Notes: generated from the sequence alone by a model not told the origin. A stretch of 62,997 nt of DNA, filler included, from Reclinomonas americana ATCC 50394 (GCA_048213135.1; 14 parts of 14 records of this genome joined end to end with filler, not necessarily neighbours in it); one strand, 5' to 3'; counted from the first letter of the whole stretch, positions 16,574-29,700 are shown. Translations and numbers: made by a program.

Positions 16574-17317
16574 ATGCCTCTCACCAACACACCCGCCCAG
16601 CACTCTCCACTCCTCGAGATCTGCGTCTTCTCCCTCGCCGCCGCTCACGCCGTTCTCTCGCGCGCACACGCACTTGTCACGCGACTTGAGTTGTGCGCAG
16701 GCGAGCCTTGCGACGGCGGCCTCTCGCCTCCGCTAGACACCTACGTGCGCCCACTCCTCGAGGCATACCCGCACATGCACTTTTCCGTCATGGTGCGCCC
16801 GCGCAAAGGCGACTTTGTGTACTCTCGCGAAGAGATCGATGCGGCAGTGGCGCAGGTGGAGGCACTGACAGGAGAAGAGCGCGTGGGAGTGGTGTTTGGT
16901 GCGTTGGATGCGCATGGGCGATTGGATGACGTGGCGTGTCGACGCGTCTGTGAGGCCGCAGTGAAGGCCGGTCTGCGGGATGTGACACTGCACAAGGCCT
17001 TTGATGCTGTCGAGGGAGAGGAGCCAGTGAGCACGCTGCGTGGTGCGGCTGACCTCGGCTTTCGGCGAGTGTTGACCTCGGGAGGGCGTGTGGGTCGCGC
17101 GGTGGACAACCTGGCAGTGCTGCGCGAGTTGGTGGCGGAGGGGCGCAGGGTGGGGGTGACGGTGATGCCGGGTGGTGGTGTGAGGGAGGACTGTGTGCGG
17201 CGGGTGGTGGAGGAGACGCGGTGTGTGGAGGTGCATAGTGCGGCGTTGGGTGATGGCGGCATGCCGAATGTGCTGTGTGTGGAGCGCATGGTGAGGGAGT
17301 TGTCTGAGCAGGGATGA
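16574..17317 (+). CDS. cutC: Copper homeostasis protein CutC (intronless, 247 aa)
   Basis: LEICVFS, RLELC..DGGLSP, VMVRPRKGDFVYS, GVVFGALD, TLHKAFD, RVLTSGG, MPGGGV and EVHS motifs. Confidence 0.95.
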   Translation: MPLTNTPAQHSPLLEICVFSLAAAHAVLSRAHALVTRLELCAGEPCDGGLSPPLDTYVRPLLEAYPHMHFSVMVRPRKGDFVYSREEIDAAVAQVEALTGEERVGVVFGALDAHGRLDDVACRRVCEAAVKAGLRDVTLHKAFDAVEGEEPVSTLRGAADLGFRRVLTSGGRVGRAVDNLAVLRELVAEGRRVGVTVMPGGGVREDCVRRVVEETRCVEVHSAALGDGGMPNVLCVERMVRELSEQG

Positions 17318-17339
17318 GTGAAAGAGGAGGGAAGTGCGA

Positions 17340-17715
17340 GGGGGAAGGAGAAGGCGGGAGGGAGGGAGGGAGGGAGGAAAATGGAGATGCAGCAGCGGGT
17401 GCACACCTGCTACGGCGACAATAACAACAACAACAACAACAGCAACGGAAGGAGGAAGAGGAGAAGGAGGAGGTGAAAGAGGAGCGGGAGGAGGAGGAGG
17501 AGGAGGAGGAGGAGGAGGAGGAGAAGGAGGAGAGGAGGAGGAGGAAGAGGAGGAGGAGGAGGAGGAAGATGACGAGGAGAAGAAGAAGAAGAAGAAGAAG
17601 GAAGAGGAAGAGGAAGAGGAGGAGAGGGAGAGAGAGGAGGAAGAGAATGAGAAGCAGAAGAACAAGACCAAGAACAAGACCAGGAAGAAGCAGAAGACGA
17701 AGACGAAGGAGAGAA
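17340..17715. repeat. GGA/GAA/CAA trinucleotide tracts, intergenic
   Basis: Direct reading of the simple repeats. Confidence 0.9.
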
Positions 17716-18135
17716 GGCAACGAAATGCTGCAACTGTGCAACTCGCACACACCGTGCACGATATGCGAATGCTTCACAAAACGCTGCACCGGGCTGTGCT
17801 GTGCTCCAATTGCCTGCTCGACCACAGAAATCGTCAAGCAAACACTGGTTGTGCAGTGCAGTTGCGGTGGTCTCCAGAATCCCTTGAGGAGGAAGGAGGG
17901 AGAGGAAGGAAAGCAAACAGCAAGAAAGAGGCATTTCGAGCGGGTGCAAACTCCGTTTACGTTGCAAGCTGAAGATTGAATGCTCTCTTTCCTTGCGACT
18001 TCCAACTCCATACTTGCACAAACACCATTCACCCTTCCCACTTTCTACAGGGCGAATACAACTGAATCGCCATGTCATCGGAAAAACAAAAAGGCAATTT
18101 CCTTTCTCAAAACACCTTCTCTCTCACACGCCACC

Positions 18136-18602
18136 ATGCGAGCCAACACTGCTCTCCTCCTCGCACTCTGCTGCATCGCCACTCTCGCACTGTGCTCCTC
18201 ACGCGCACAAGCAGCCATCGGAGGCGCAGGTAACACACACACACACTCTCTCTCTCATTGCGTCACTCTCTCACACTCTTTCACATACACACAGCTTGCG
18301 CAAACGATCGTGACTGCAATGGACCAATGGCCGCACCCAACAGTGGCATCTACAATGGACAGTGCAAGAGTTACCTCTTAAACACACACACGCACACACA
18401 CACACTCTCTTTCTCACACATGCTGTTACACAGATGGCTTCTGCCAGTGCTTTGCGGGCATCACTGGCGCCAACTGCGGTCTGTCTGTCTGTGTGAGAGT
18501 GTGTGAGAGTGTGTGTGCGTGTGAGGACTCACTCGTTTGTGTGTGTGTCTCTCACATAGGGTGCAACTCGAGTGTCTCGTGCAGTGGACGGGTGAGTTGC
18601 AC

Positions 18603-18635
<33 letters not shown>

Positions 18636-18916
18636 GCAGTGTGTGAGTGTGTGCTATGTGCTTTTGTATTTTTCCGAGGAGTCGCGAGGTGACGCGTTTT
18701 CCATTGCTGACAACATGGTCTTCGGAATTATTCTCTTTTTCTCTTTATTGTTTGTTAGGGCGTGTGCAATGGAAATGGATTNNNNNNNNNNNNNNNNNNN
18801 NNNNNNNNNNNNNNNNNNNNNNNNNTTAATTAATTAANNNNNNNNNNNNNNNNNNNNNNNNNNNNNNNNNNNNNNNNNNNNTCGCTCTCTACGCTCCACT
18901 CACTTCCTTCCCTCAC

Positions 18917-18962
<46 letters not shown>

Positions 18963-21900
18963 TTTGTGTTGTCTCCCACTCTGCTGAGTTTGCGAAAATA
19001 TGCGCATCTTTCGCGCTCTCCTTCTCTCGTTCACTCGAGGCGCTCTGTCTCCATCTCTCTCTTGGTCTGCTGCCTTCTCGTGTCCTTGCTCTCTGGCTTG
19101 TTCGATGGGCGAATGCTTTCACTGTCAAGATTTTTTCGTCATGTCCGGAGTCCGGTCTTTCTCTCACACACACTCCACTGCTATCCTTTTTGTGAGGGAT
19201 TCAGAGCTCCTGTTGGATATGATCATTCTCCTGAAGCCTGGGCTCATTTGTCTGAGGTTTTTCTTCTCTCTGTTTTTCCTGTATCTCCGCAAAACTGCCC
19301 AGCATAGCGTATTCTTCTTCTCTGTCGTGCTCCTCCCCTGTTCCTTGCCCCTTTTCCTTCCCCCTTTCCCCCTTCTCTTCCCCCTTCTCCTTCTCCCTTC
19401 CCCTTCTCCCTTACCCTTCTCCCTTCCCCTTCTCCCTTCTCCCTCTCCCTCCCCCTAACCCTTCCCCTTCTCCTACCCCCTCGTCCTCCCCCTCACCCTT
19501 CCCTCTTCACCTTCCCCCTCATCCCCCCTCCCTACAGACCTGCAACGGCAACGGCACCTGCTCCGCCGACGGCACCTGCCTCTGCAACTTTGGCTTCGCG
19601 GCTCCCAACTGCGCCGGCACGGCGCGCTCGCCGCTTGTCGAGGTTTGTCACGAAACCCCACTCTCTGCGCCCCACTTTGCGCCTCAAACCCACTCTCCTC
19701 TTGCACAGGCTCAGCAGCAGCTGGCGACCACCGGCATCTTCTTCAACAACTACTGGCGCGGATCGACGGCTGCACAGAGTTCCGTCTCCATCACTCTTTC
19801 CTGTCGTGTGTACTACGTTTACTCAAAACGCTTTCTTCGCGCAGTCTGCCTGTGGGGCCAGAAGCCCGACACCAGCGTCTGCACTCAGCGCGCCTTTAAT
19901 CCAACTGTGCGCGAGCCGTCGGTGCCCCTCTCGATTGCCGGCCTGCCTTCAATCTATGGTATGCGTCTGGCCATGGTGTGCGTTTTGCTGTCACCGCATT
20001 TCTCACTCTGTGCGCGCGCGCAGGACTCGGACTGACACTGGGCGATCCGTCGTTCTCGGACGAGAACATGGCCGAGGTGTTTGTCGAGTACACGACGGCG
20101 GCCAACGTCCGCATTGCGAGCGCTGTGGCGCCGGCACTGACCACGATTTGGACCGTCGGCAGTTGCGTCTGCGAGTGCACAAGAGATGGATTTTGCGCGG
20201 CTCACTTCGTGCCCCAGACACGTCTCTGCCGTCGGGTGTGTGGATGTACCTCTCCCACCTGAGCCAGACCACCGGCCAGTACAACTTTGATGGGTTGCCA
20301 GATGTGCCGCTCACCAACCCGGCGGACTTGCTCGGCATCTTCACGCCGGCGGAGCTCGTTGCGTCATCTCTATTTCCCCCATTCCATGGGAGACAGGTAG
20401 ACTTACGTTTTTCTGTTGCTGGTTTTTTGCAGGCTCTGGATCCGCGCCTCGCCTGGTGGGTGCACAGTGAGGCTTCCTTGTGCGCCTCGCTGTCATTTTC
20501 TTATCTTGTCGCGCAGGGTCCAGCAGCTGTTCGCCTCGCCCACGGTCATGGAGCAGCGCCTGTTCGACGTGCTCACGTTCGGTCAGACCGCCTTGCTCAC
20601 CTCACTGAAGGGCGTCAATGCCGCCACGCTTCCCTACCTCAGCTACCTCATGGTTTGTTCAGACGGGATTACTTCACAATTGTGACTCCTTTTCTCTCTC
20701 ACTCGAGAATCAATCTCGCAGACCGGCAGCACCACCTTCCAGACGCTTGCCGCCGACAATTCGCTGAAGCTGTTCTTCCTCGACCTCAGCTTCCTCAGCG
20801 GCATGCGCGCCGGCGTGCCGTCCGCGAACTACATTGCCGACCCGGTGGTGGTGTTTGGCCGCGATGCTGCCAACGTGAATGCGCCGTACATTCCCTACAT
20901 TATTCGCCTCAGCAGCACGTCCACCAACACACCGACCTTCTACGAGCGTGGCGTGGCGACGCCGTCGGCGATGCAGCTGGCCAGCGGACTGGTGATCTCC
21001 GGCGCCGCGTACCACCTCACGCACAACCTGCATCTGCAGCGTGAGCACTCGTTCCTCGCCGCCGTGCGTCTGTCCCTCAACAACAGTGCGTGCTGCCTGA
21101 CGTCTCTTCTCTTCTCTCCTCGAGATGCCTCGGCTCACCTGTTCCTCACAGCGTCTTCGAGCGTCCTGTCTGCCTCGCACCCGCTCCGCCGCCTGCTCAA
21201 CCAGCACGTCCGCTGGTCGACCGAGGTTTGCAGCAGGATGAGGCATGGCATGATTGTATCCACGTTGGCTCACTCCTTGTGCGTCGCAGCTGCTCGATGC
21301 GACAGTGACGCTGGGAAGCACGTCGTCTGTGGTGCCGCGCGGTGAGTTCGTCTTCCTGGTGATGTCGCACTTGTTGATTCTCACCTCGATTGTAGTGGGC
21401 CGGTGGTTCGATGGCACGCCGCTGGCGTTCATCGGTTGGGAGGTGAGAAAGTGTCTCCTGTGCTCTCTTTACCTCGCTTGACTGCTGAACTCCCGGAACC
21501 TCGATTTCCACAGGCCTTTGCGCAGCTGAACCCCAGCAGCGCCCTCTTCCGCCCGTACGTGTGGAATGCGGCGTTTGGACTCAACGCGGCCGACTTTACT
21601 GGTTTGCGAGTGCTTGTTTCTTTTTATTTTTTGCTGTGTGCATCTCTTCTTCGCTGATATTCTGCCTTTCCGCGCAGCAACGACCGCGTGGGACCGCTAC
21701 CCGGCCATGCAGGTGCGCGCCGCAGACTTGCGTTCTACAGGCGATGCTCTCGTTCTGACACGCAACGTGCTTTCCACAGGGTGCTCTCGGCGCGTGGGAC
21801 ATTGCCGCTGCGTACGTGCAGGTATGCTTCTCGTCGGCATGCAGAGAGTGTCTGCGTGTGCAGTGCGATAATCCGTACTTTGTAACAGGCTTCGCTCGGA

Positions 21901-22656
21901 CCTCTGTACCCCACTGACGCCAGTGTGACCGGCGACGCTGGACTGCAAGGTTTTGTTACCGTTATCTGCTCACTCTGTTCCCAACTGCGCTGACACGGCG
22001 TTTTGCAGCCCTCGCCGCTCTCCTCACCGATCCGAACCAGGGCAACCTGAAGGTTTCGTCGCCTCGTCCGCGCGCATACTTTTTCACAAAACCTGTTCTC
22101 ATCACTTTTTTTCACTGCAGGCCCAGTTCGCCACGCCTGGCGTCATTGCCACCCGCGCCGAGCTGTTTGACTTTGCCACGCAAGTCATCTGGAGCATGCT
22201 GGTGCACAACTACCAGTCGATCAATGCGCTGGCCATGCCCACTCTGGTGCTCTCGCCGTTCCTGCGTGCCAACTCCGCCGCCATCACCGACGCCCCGCCG
22301 TCGCCGTCGGGCACCTACTCGACCACCGATTTGTTGGTCTTCTTCACCTCTGTGCGGTGAGTGTCTGCAGCGTTCGCCCTTTGTCCCCTCGCCGTCTCTC
22401 TCTCACCACTACGACACACGCACACAGTGAGTTGGCGCGCACCAACTTTGCCGTGCGCCTGGTGCCCAACATTCCGATCGGACGTCCCTTCTTCGTCAAC
22501 GCCGACCTCGACAGCTCCGTTCCCAACCTCACCGCCCTCAATGCTCTGCGCGCCAGCGTGCGCGATCTGTTGCGTCGTCTGGCTCCCGCGTCGTACGCGG
22601 CGCAGCTGTCCGACGCCTACCTCAACTCGGTGTTCGCGACCAACGCCGAGTGGTAA
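18136..22656 (+). CDS. Secreted protein with tenascin-type EGF repeats fused to a divergent lipoxygenase domain
   Basis: Signal peptide MRANTALLLALCCIATLALCSSRAQA. EGF repeats such as CNGNGTCSADGTCLCNFGFAAPNC. LOX motifs FFLDLSFL, HLTHNLHLQREH...SHPLRRLLNQH, YP, LYPTDASVTGDAGLQA, IATRAELFDFATQVIWSMLVHNYQS. Ends TNAEW*. Confidence 0.82.
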
Positions 22657-22781
22657 ATTTTGCGGGCTTGTCGGCTTTTTGTTTGTTTTTTCCCTCGTTT
22701 CATCACCGCCGCGCGAGTAGAGAATGAATGCACCGCACGGTTGTTGTCTCTACGTACACGGTGCGATACATTTCTTGCTCA

Positions 22782-24349
22782 TCATGAGGGGTGGTAGAAC
22801 ATGTGGCCGGGTCTGGGTGGTGGTGGTGGTGGCGACATGAGCGACAGGCGACCGGCATATGGCGGCGGCGGTGGTGGATGGTACACGTGTACAAACACGG
22901 GCCGGTATCCGCCGCCACCGTGCAAATCGGGGCCGCCAGCATAGTACGCATGCGATGGTGCCGGTCCATAGTACGGATAGTGGGCGTGACCGGCGGCGGG
23001 GGGCGGAACCGACGACGCGGCAGAGGCGGCAGAAGAAGGCGCAGCATCGCCGGCGGCAGCCAGCTGGTACGCCGCGTACCGTCCGTCACTACTGGCGCCA
23101 GTGGTGGCGGTGATCGGTTGTCTGCGCGGACCCTGTGTGTGTGTGTGTGTGTGAGGAGAGATCGACCGACGAGAGCTGGGTGGGTGGACAACGCAGACCT
23201 TAATCATGCGCACCAGCACGCCGGCCACGACCAGTGCCAGCAGGCCCTTGCGGGACCACACCAACAAATGATTGGTGGAGGTGAAGACCGAGCGCAGCAC
23301 ACGCTCCGAGGCCATGGCCAGGTGCTCGGCCACGGTCTGGTGCAGGCCGCGGTACAGCATGTCGCGGTAGGAGAGGGTGACAAAGTCGAAGGCGTCCCTG
23401 GGGCGAGGTGGGGAAGGGAGGGAGGGATGAGGGAAAGGAGGGAGGGGGAGCGAGGCAAGGAAGGACTCGGAGTGAAGCGAAAGAGAGAGGGGATTACGAT
23501 CGCCAGTTGCCTCGTGCAGAGTGGAGACGTGGAGCACGGAACAAGTGGCGAGGGAACGAAGAGAGGTCAACAGAAAGGGTTGCGATTGTGAGAAGAGAAG
23601 AAAGGTGACAAGCGAGCAAGGATAAGACTCGGAGTGAAGCGAAAGAGTGAAAGAGAGAGAGGGGATTACAATCACCGGCAGAGCGGAGTCAGAGAGTCAG
23701 TGGAGCACGGAACAAGCGGCGAGGGAGCGAAGGGAGGTCAACAGAAAGGGTTGCGATCGTGACAAGAGAAGAAGGGTGACAAGCGAACAAGTAAGGACTC
23801 GGAGTGAAGCGAAAGAGTGAAAGAGAGAGGGGATTACGATGGCCTGCAGAGTGGAGTCAGGGAGTCAGTGGAGCACAGAACAAGGCGACGAGATGGCGAG
23901 GGAGCTCAACAGAGAGGGTTGCGATCGTGCGACAAGCAGAAGAGCGAGGCAAGGAGAGGCTCGGAGTGAAGAACAAGGTGGAGAGAGAGAGAGAGAGAAG
24001 AGGGAAGAGATAGCAACACAAAAAGGACTGAAACAAGAGCATCAAAGGATCAATTCACACGCGACAAGTGACAGTTCACGAAGTGGGAGTGGACGGCAGT
24101 GTTCGCACTCAAGCTGGACTCACCACACCACCGTCAACAGCGAATGCCGACTGGTCAGAGAGCGCATAAAGTGACGCAAACGATCGCCCACTGGTGGTGG
24201 AGAAGCATCATAGTGTGGCTGCTGGTGTTGTTGTTGTTGCGGAGGACGCGGAGGTGGAGGAGGAGGAGGATCAGCGTGTGCAGGGAACATGCGATGTGGC
24301 TGGCGAGCATTGGAGGAGGAGGAGGAGGAGCCCTGTTCGCGAATGACAA
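22782..24349 (-). CDS. Uncharacterised protein with one predicted TM helix and a Pro/His/Tyr-rich tail
   Basis: GC3-rich exons ~23201-23397 (…GLLALVVAGVLVRMIK|) and ~22782-23132 with GT-AG borders. The putative first exon MSFANRAPPPP is less certain. Confidence 0.55.
23440..23990. repeat. ~170-190 bp intronic tandem repeat, about 3 copies
   Basis: GACTCGGAGTGAAGCGAAAGAG…GGGATTAC…GTGGAGCAC…GGGTTGCGAT repeated. Confidence 0.85.
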
Positions 24350-24555
24350 GTGAGTGATCAGACGTGAGAAATGATCAATGGAGTGCGTGCGATTGAGAGA
24401 CAGTGAGTGAAAGGGAGGGAGAGGGTGCGGAGAGAGAGGAGAGAGAGAGTGAGAAAGAGGGCGGAGAGAAGAGAGACAAGTGAGCGCAGAGTGTGATCAA
24501 TCAATGAGTGATGAGTGAGATGGATCTTTCTCTCTGTGTTCTGTGTCAGTGAGAG

Positions 24556-24596
<41 letters not shown>

Positions 24597-24853
24597 AGAG
24601 GTGAAGGAGTAAGGGACGGTAAGNNNNNNNNNNNNNNNNNNNNNNNNNNNNNNNNNNNNNNNNNNNNTTAATTAATTAANNNNNNNNNNNNNNNNNNNNN
24701 NNNNNNNNNNNNNNNNNNNNNNNCAGGAGGAGCAGAAAAGACAACGAGGCCAACGAACAAGACACCGGTACTGTTTCCCTTCTGCTGTACCGTACATCCG
24801 CCTTCGGTCCGTACGAGCAGAGGTCCCCTTTTGTACACCTAACTACTCTATCA

Positions 24854-24884
<31 letters not shown>

Positions 24885-25019
24885 TGTGCGTGCCCAAGTG
24901 AACACTGACCTCATCATACACCTCCTCGATCTTCATCACTGTTGCTCTCTCTCTCTCTCTCTCTCTCTCCAGTGTGTGCGTCGTCCTGCATGCACGCTGT
25001 CCTTTTGTTTGCATTCGAA

Positions 25020-26590
25020 ATGTTCCTGCTTCTGTCGAGAGCATCGTCGCTTTCATCGCATTTTGGTGCGGTTTCGTCGCGTTTTGGTGCTGCTTTGGTC
25101 GCCGCCACGAGAGGCTTCGCAGTGGCGGCGACTGATGCGAAGACGAACAGCAGTGATGTTTCGTACACTGAGTGATCACTGGTCTCCTGTCTCTCACACA
25201 TTCACTGACAACATGCACTGTCTTCTCACTCATTCTCACACTCTTTTCAATCACAGCGTTTGCTTCACTGATTGCAATCAGTCTCACTCATCGTTCTTCA
25301 CCCTTCCACTCGCACTGTTTGGCACTCACCCACTGCACTGTTGCACTCATCCTATATCCCTTCCCCTCACTCCCTTCCAACTCTTTCACGCACAGTCTTC
25401 AATCTCAGCACTGTTTGCAATCACTCGGCCTTTACTCTTTGCACTGTTGCCCTCATCCATTCCCTTCCACTGTCAAACACAGCCTTCATTCTCTCCACTG
25501 TTTGCCCTCTCCCTTCCACTCATTCACTCTTTCAAACACAGTCTTCATTCTTTCCCTTCCACTCACTCACTCGTTCAAGCGCAACCTTTTCTCGTTGCGC
25601 TCTTGCCCTCATCCATTTCTTCATTTGTCAAACGCAGCCTTCATTCTCTCCACTGTTTGCTCACTCGCTCACTCTTTCAAACACAGTCTTCACTCGCCAC
25701 ATTTTCTTCCATCCCCTTTCCCTTCCACTCACTGACTCACTCACTCGTTCAAACGCAGCCTTTGCTCTTTGCACTGGTGCCCTCATCCATTCCTTCCACT
25801 GTCAAGCGCAGCTTCACTCTGTCCATCTCACTCCCTTCCACTCATTCACTCTTTCAAACACAGTCTTATCTCCCTACTTTATGCAGTCATCCTTTCCCTT
25901 CCGCTCACTCACCATGTCAAACGCAGCCTTTGTTCGATGCACTGTTGCCCTCATCCATTCCTTCCACTGTCAAATGCAGCCTTCACTCTCTCCACTGTTT
26001 TTCTCACTCACTCTTGCCCTTACCCTCCTTTCCTTTCCCTTCCCCTCTTTCCCTTCCCCCCTTCATCCCTCTCCCAGGCCACCCCCCGTCGCGCCATCAA
26101 CATTGGCGACTACGCCGAGCTGCGCCGCACATACACCGAGGAGGACCTCGTGCGCTTCGCCGACCTGTCGCTCGACACCAACCCGGCGCACTTTGACGAC
26201 GAGTTTGCGCGACAGCTGATGCCCGCGGCGCCGTTCAAGAGTCGCCTCGTGCACGGCGTGCTCACTCTGTCGCTGGTGTCGGGTGTGCTGGGGAGGTGCT
26301 TGCCCGGCGCCGGCGCCATTCTCATGAACATGGACATCAAGTTCTCGCGACCCGTCTACCTGAATGAGCAGGTGGTGGCGCGCGCCGAGGTCGCCAGCAT
26401 TCGCGACGATAAGAAGCTGGTGACTATGGCGGTGTCGGCACGCAATCCACAGTCGGAGGTGGTGCTGTCGGGCACCGTCCTCGTCAAGTATCTGTGGCTG
26501 CATGAGGCGGTGCCGCCAGTGGCCGCATCGACGGAGCTCGGCAGCAGCGCGCAGCAGCGTTCTGACCCGGCCATCAAGTGGGACAAGTAG
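25020..26590 (+). CDS. MaoC/hot-dog fold dehydratase (HTD2/PhaJ-like) with a predicted mitochondrial presequence
   Basis: Exon 1 MFLLLSRASSLSSHFGAVSSRFGAALVAATRGF is Arg/Ser-rich with no acidic residues. Exon 2 from 26078 has FADLSLDTNPAHFD, LVHGVL, LPGAGAI and FSRPVY. Confidence 0.88.
25280..26010. repeat. Intronic degenerate minisatellite
   Basis: GCACTGTTGCCCTCATCCATTCC…TCAAACRCAGCCTT recurs many times. Confidence 0.85.
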
Positions 26591-26731
26591 TAAGGCCCAG
26601 ATAAGTGAGAGGGTGAATACGTAATAAAAGCTGCGCAAGCCTCAACAAGTACATGGCGGGTGGTTGGAGGGTGAAGAATGGTAAAAAAGGGAAAGCAGAG
26701 TGAAAGGAAAAGAGAGAAGGGAAAGCGGTTT

Positions 26732-29700
26732 TTAGCGGCTGCCACTGGCGCTGCCGACCTGCACCTGGTTGCGCTCGCACAGCATCCTGTGCAGTGGGGG
26801 AAGGGGTGAGGGAATGATTGGGAACAAAGAGAAGTGTGAGGGAGAGGCGACGCAACAGTGTGGCGATGAAGCACACAATCATCTTGGTGTTGACCTGTCG
26901 GACGCAAACGAATGTAAGAAACGAGAACGGGAACGGTGTTTGCCATTGCCGCGACTCACCTCCACCAAGTCCTCCCACCTGTGAGATGCAAAGTCGGTGA
27001 GCAATTCGATCAACAGACAGGAGGAGCAGAAAAGCAACGAGGCCAAGAACAAGCACCGGTACTGTTTCCCTCGTGAACACTCGCTGTTGCTTGCTTTCTC
27101 TCTCCGAGCACTCATCCTCTCTCTCTCACTCACTCCCTCTTTCTCCTTCCCACTCACTCCCTCATGCTCTGTGCACGAATGAGTGCATGGTCAAGAACCA
27201 CGAAAAAGGTCTTCTCCGCTTTGACACGGCCAATCGGTGCAACTCCTTGTTCTCTCTCTTTCTCCCTCTCTCCCTTTCCCTAACTGCACTCAATGCGACT
27301 ACATTGAGCTCCGTTCTCGAAAGCATTCGGAGGACTCAAGCAATCTGTCTGCAGAGGCACCCGACTGTACCTCTGACAGCTCTTCTAACGCTTGCTCGAT
27401 CTGGCGCAGTTCCGCAGAGTTTCCTATCTCTCCTTCTTCTCCTCCTCCCTCTCCTCTCCCCTCTCCTCCTCCGTCTCCCCCATTCCCTCCCTCTCTCTTC
27501 CTCTCCCTCCCTCTCCCTCCCTCTCTCTTCTCTCTCACTGCACTCGATGCGACTGCAATGAGCTCAATTCTCGAAAGCATTCGGAGGTCTTTCACAATCT
27601 GCTTGCAGCGGCATTCGATTGTGTCTCTCCTAGCTCTTCACCTGTCTCTCTCCACTCTTCCTTCTCTCTCTCTCTTCCTCTTCCTCTCCTTCGCCCTTTC
27701 CCTTCTCCACTCTCCCTCTCCCTCTCCCTCTCCCTCTCCCTCTCCTTCCATCTCCCACTTCACTCCCAAACGCAACAGGCAGAAAAGCGTGCCACCAATG
27801 GCACGAGCCACCGACAAGGCGTACTTGGCGTTGAGCTCCTTCTCCTCGGCTGTCCCCCCCAAATGAGTGACGAGAAAAAATTACAGAAACTCCCATTCCT
27901 CCAATCACGCACCACTGACGCCCGGAGTCACCATGTCGTAATTGACGACACCTGGTCGCACGGCGTTGCACAGATCGAGAAGGAAGGCGCCGGTGGAGAT
28001 GGTCGGGTCGTTGGTGTCGCTGATCGACGACGACTTGCCGGAGGCGGCGACCTTGTTGTTGGCCCACGCCACCAGCTCCTTGTCGGTAATGTCGCGGCCG
28101 CCTTGCGACAACTTGCGAATGGTGGCCACCAGGTTGTAGCGCATCATTTGCCATATCAGAGCTGAAGCAACGATGTCAACGACAACAAAAACGTGGAGTC
28201 AACAGAGAAGCAGATCCAGCTTACCGAGAATGAGCTTCTTGTTCTTCTGCACAATGTCGGTGCCGTCGATGCCGACCAACGAGAACTTGTGCTGATGACC
28301 AATGGCCACGACGTAGTTGCAGTTCTCGCCTTTTTGGTACACGTTTCGCGGATTCATCTTGGCCTTCTTCCAGTCCACACAGCCAGCGTCAATCACATCC
28401 CAGGTCTGCCACGAGAAAAACGAAGTGAAACGATTGAAAAGATAAGCACAGGCAACGCGGCAAGAGGTTGACGCGCACCTGCAGCAGCGCAATGCCGTCA
28501 TTGACGTCCTCGAACAGGTTGTTGACGTCGACGCCCAAACTGCGCAGCCAGAAGCGGAAGGCTACAGAGGCGGCAAGGTGAGCAACATTGTGCACGACAT
28601 CGCACTCCCCTCCGCATGTGCCACTCACCGCGCTCCTCACGCGTGCCCTCCTCGTCGAACGCCATCAGCGCATTCACGCCCTGCTTTTCGGCGTCACTCA
28701 GCTTCGCCATCGCACCGTCGGTCTTGTTGAAGAGATCGGCGATGAACGCAAGGTTGAGGCGACCAAATCCCTGTTGGGGAGGGAGCGTGATGAGCTTTGG
28801 CCATGCACTGCCGCTGCATACTCGAACGCAACTCCCAAAATCGACTGCGGGCTGATGAACTTGGAGCAGTGGACCTTCTCGCTCTCAATGTCCACGGACT
28901 TGGCGCGCTCCTCCAACGACGGGTCGCTGAGGATGTCCAGCGATGTGCGGCCGCCGGTGGCGATGTGCAGGAGGTGCTGTGGTTGGGGGTAAGGAGGGTG
29001 AGGAGGGGAAAAAGGGAAAGGGAGAGCGCGAGAGATGCAAGATCGGCAGAGTCGGTATTCACTTGCATCTGGAAAGGAAGACGAAAAGAGAGGCGGAGGG
29101 AGAGAAAGAGCGCATGAGGAGACAGGAGAGGATGTGAAAGACAGGGGAGGTGTGCGGCAAAGGTGCATCCTGCCAGAGAAGAGAAAGCAAAGGCGTGTGG
29201 GGCAGCACGAAGCGGAGATGCTGAGAGTGTCTGAAGCGGATGTGAGGGACAGGCACCTAACGAGAGCGAGTGTAAAGAAAGCGAAGACAGCATGAGAGAG
29301 AGAGAGAGAGAGAAACGGAGATGTGAGGGATAGGCACGGAAACATAGACAGCGCCGAAGGAAGCCAAGAGGACGTGAGAGAGGGCAAAGAGACAGCGAGG
29401 GCGTGAGAGGCAGCACAAAGAGAGAGGAGTGGAGACACTGAGCGTCCGCAGAAGATGTGTTGTGTGAAAGCAAGCGAGGACGGCATGTGAGAGAAGAGAA
29501 ATGACTGACAGAGATGAGAGAGCGACGAGCAGGACAGGTTAAGAGAGCAACTTGTCGCTTCACCAACTCGCTCGCCCATCCGACTCACCAAAATACTTGG
29601 ACACGCACAGACACGTAGATAGCGCGAAAGGNNNNNNNNNNNNNNNNNNNNNNNNNNNNNNNNNNNNNNNNNNNNTTAATTAATTAANNNNNNNNNNNNN

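Noticed and set aside
16733..18078. Several long overlapping ORFs
   Set aside because: They are antisense to CutC or run through trinucleotide tracts.
24724..24790. Near-copy of 27017-27071 at a contig start
   Set aside because: It carries single-base insertions and degrades into noise, so it is most likely a mis-joined low-quality read end.
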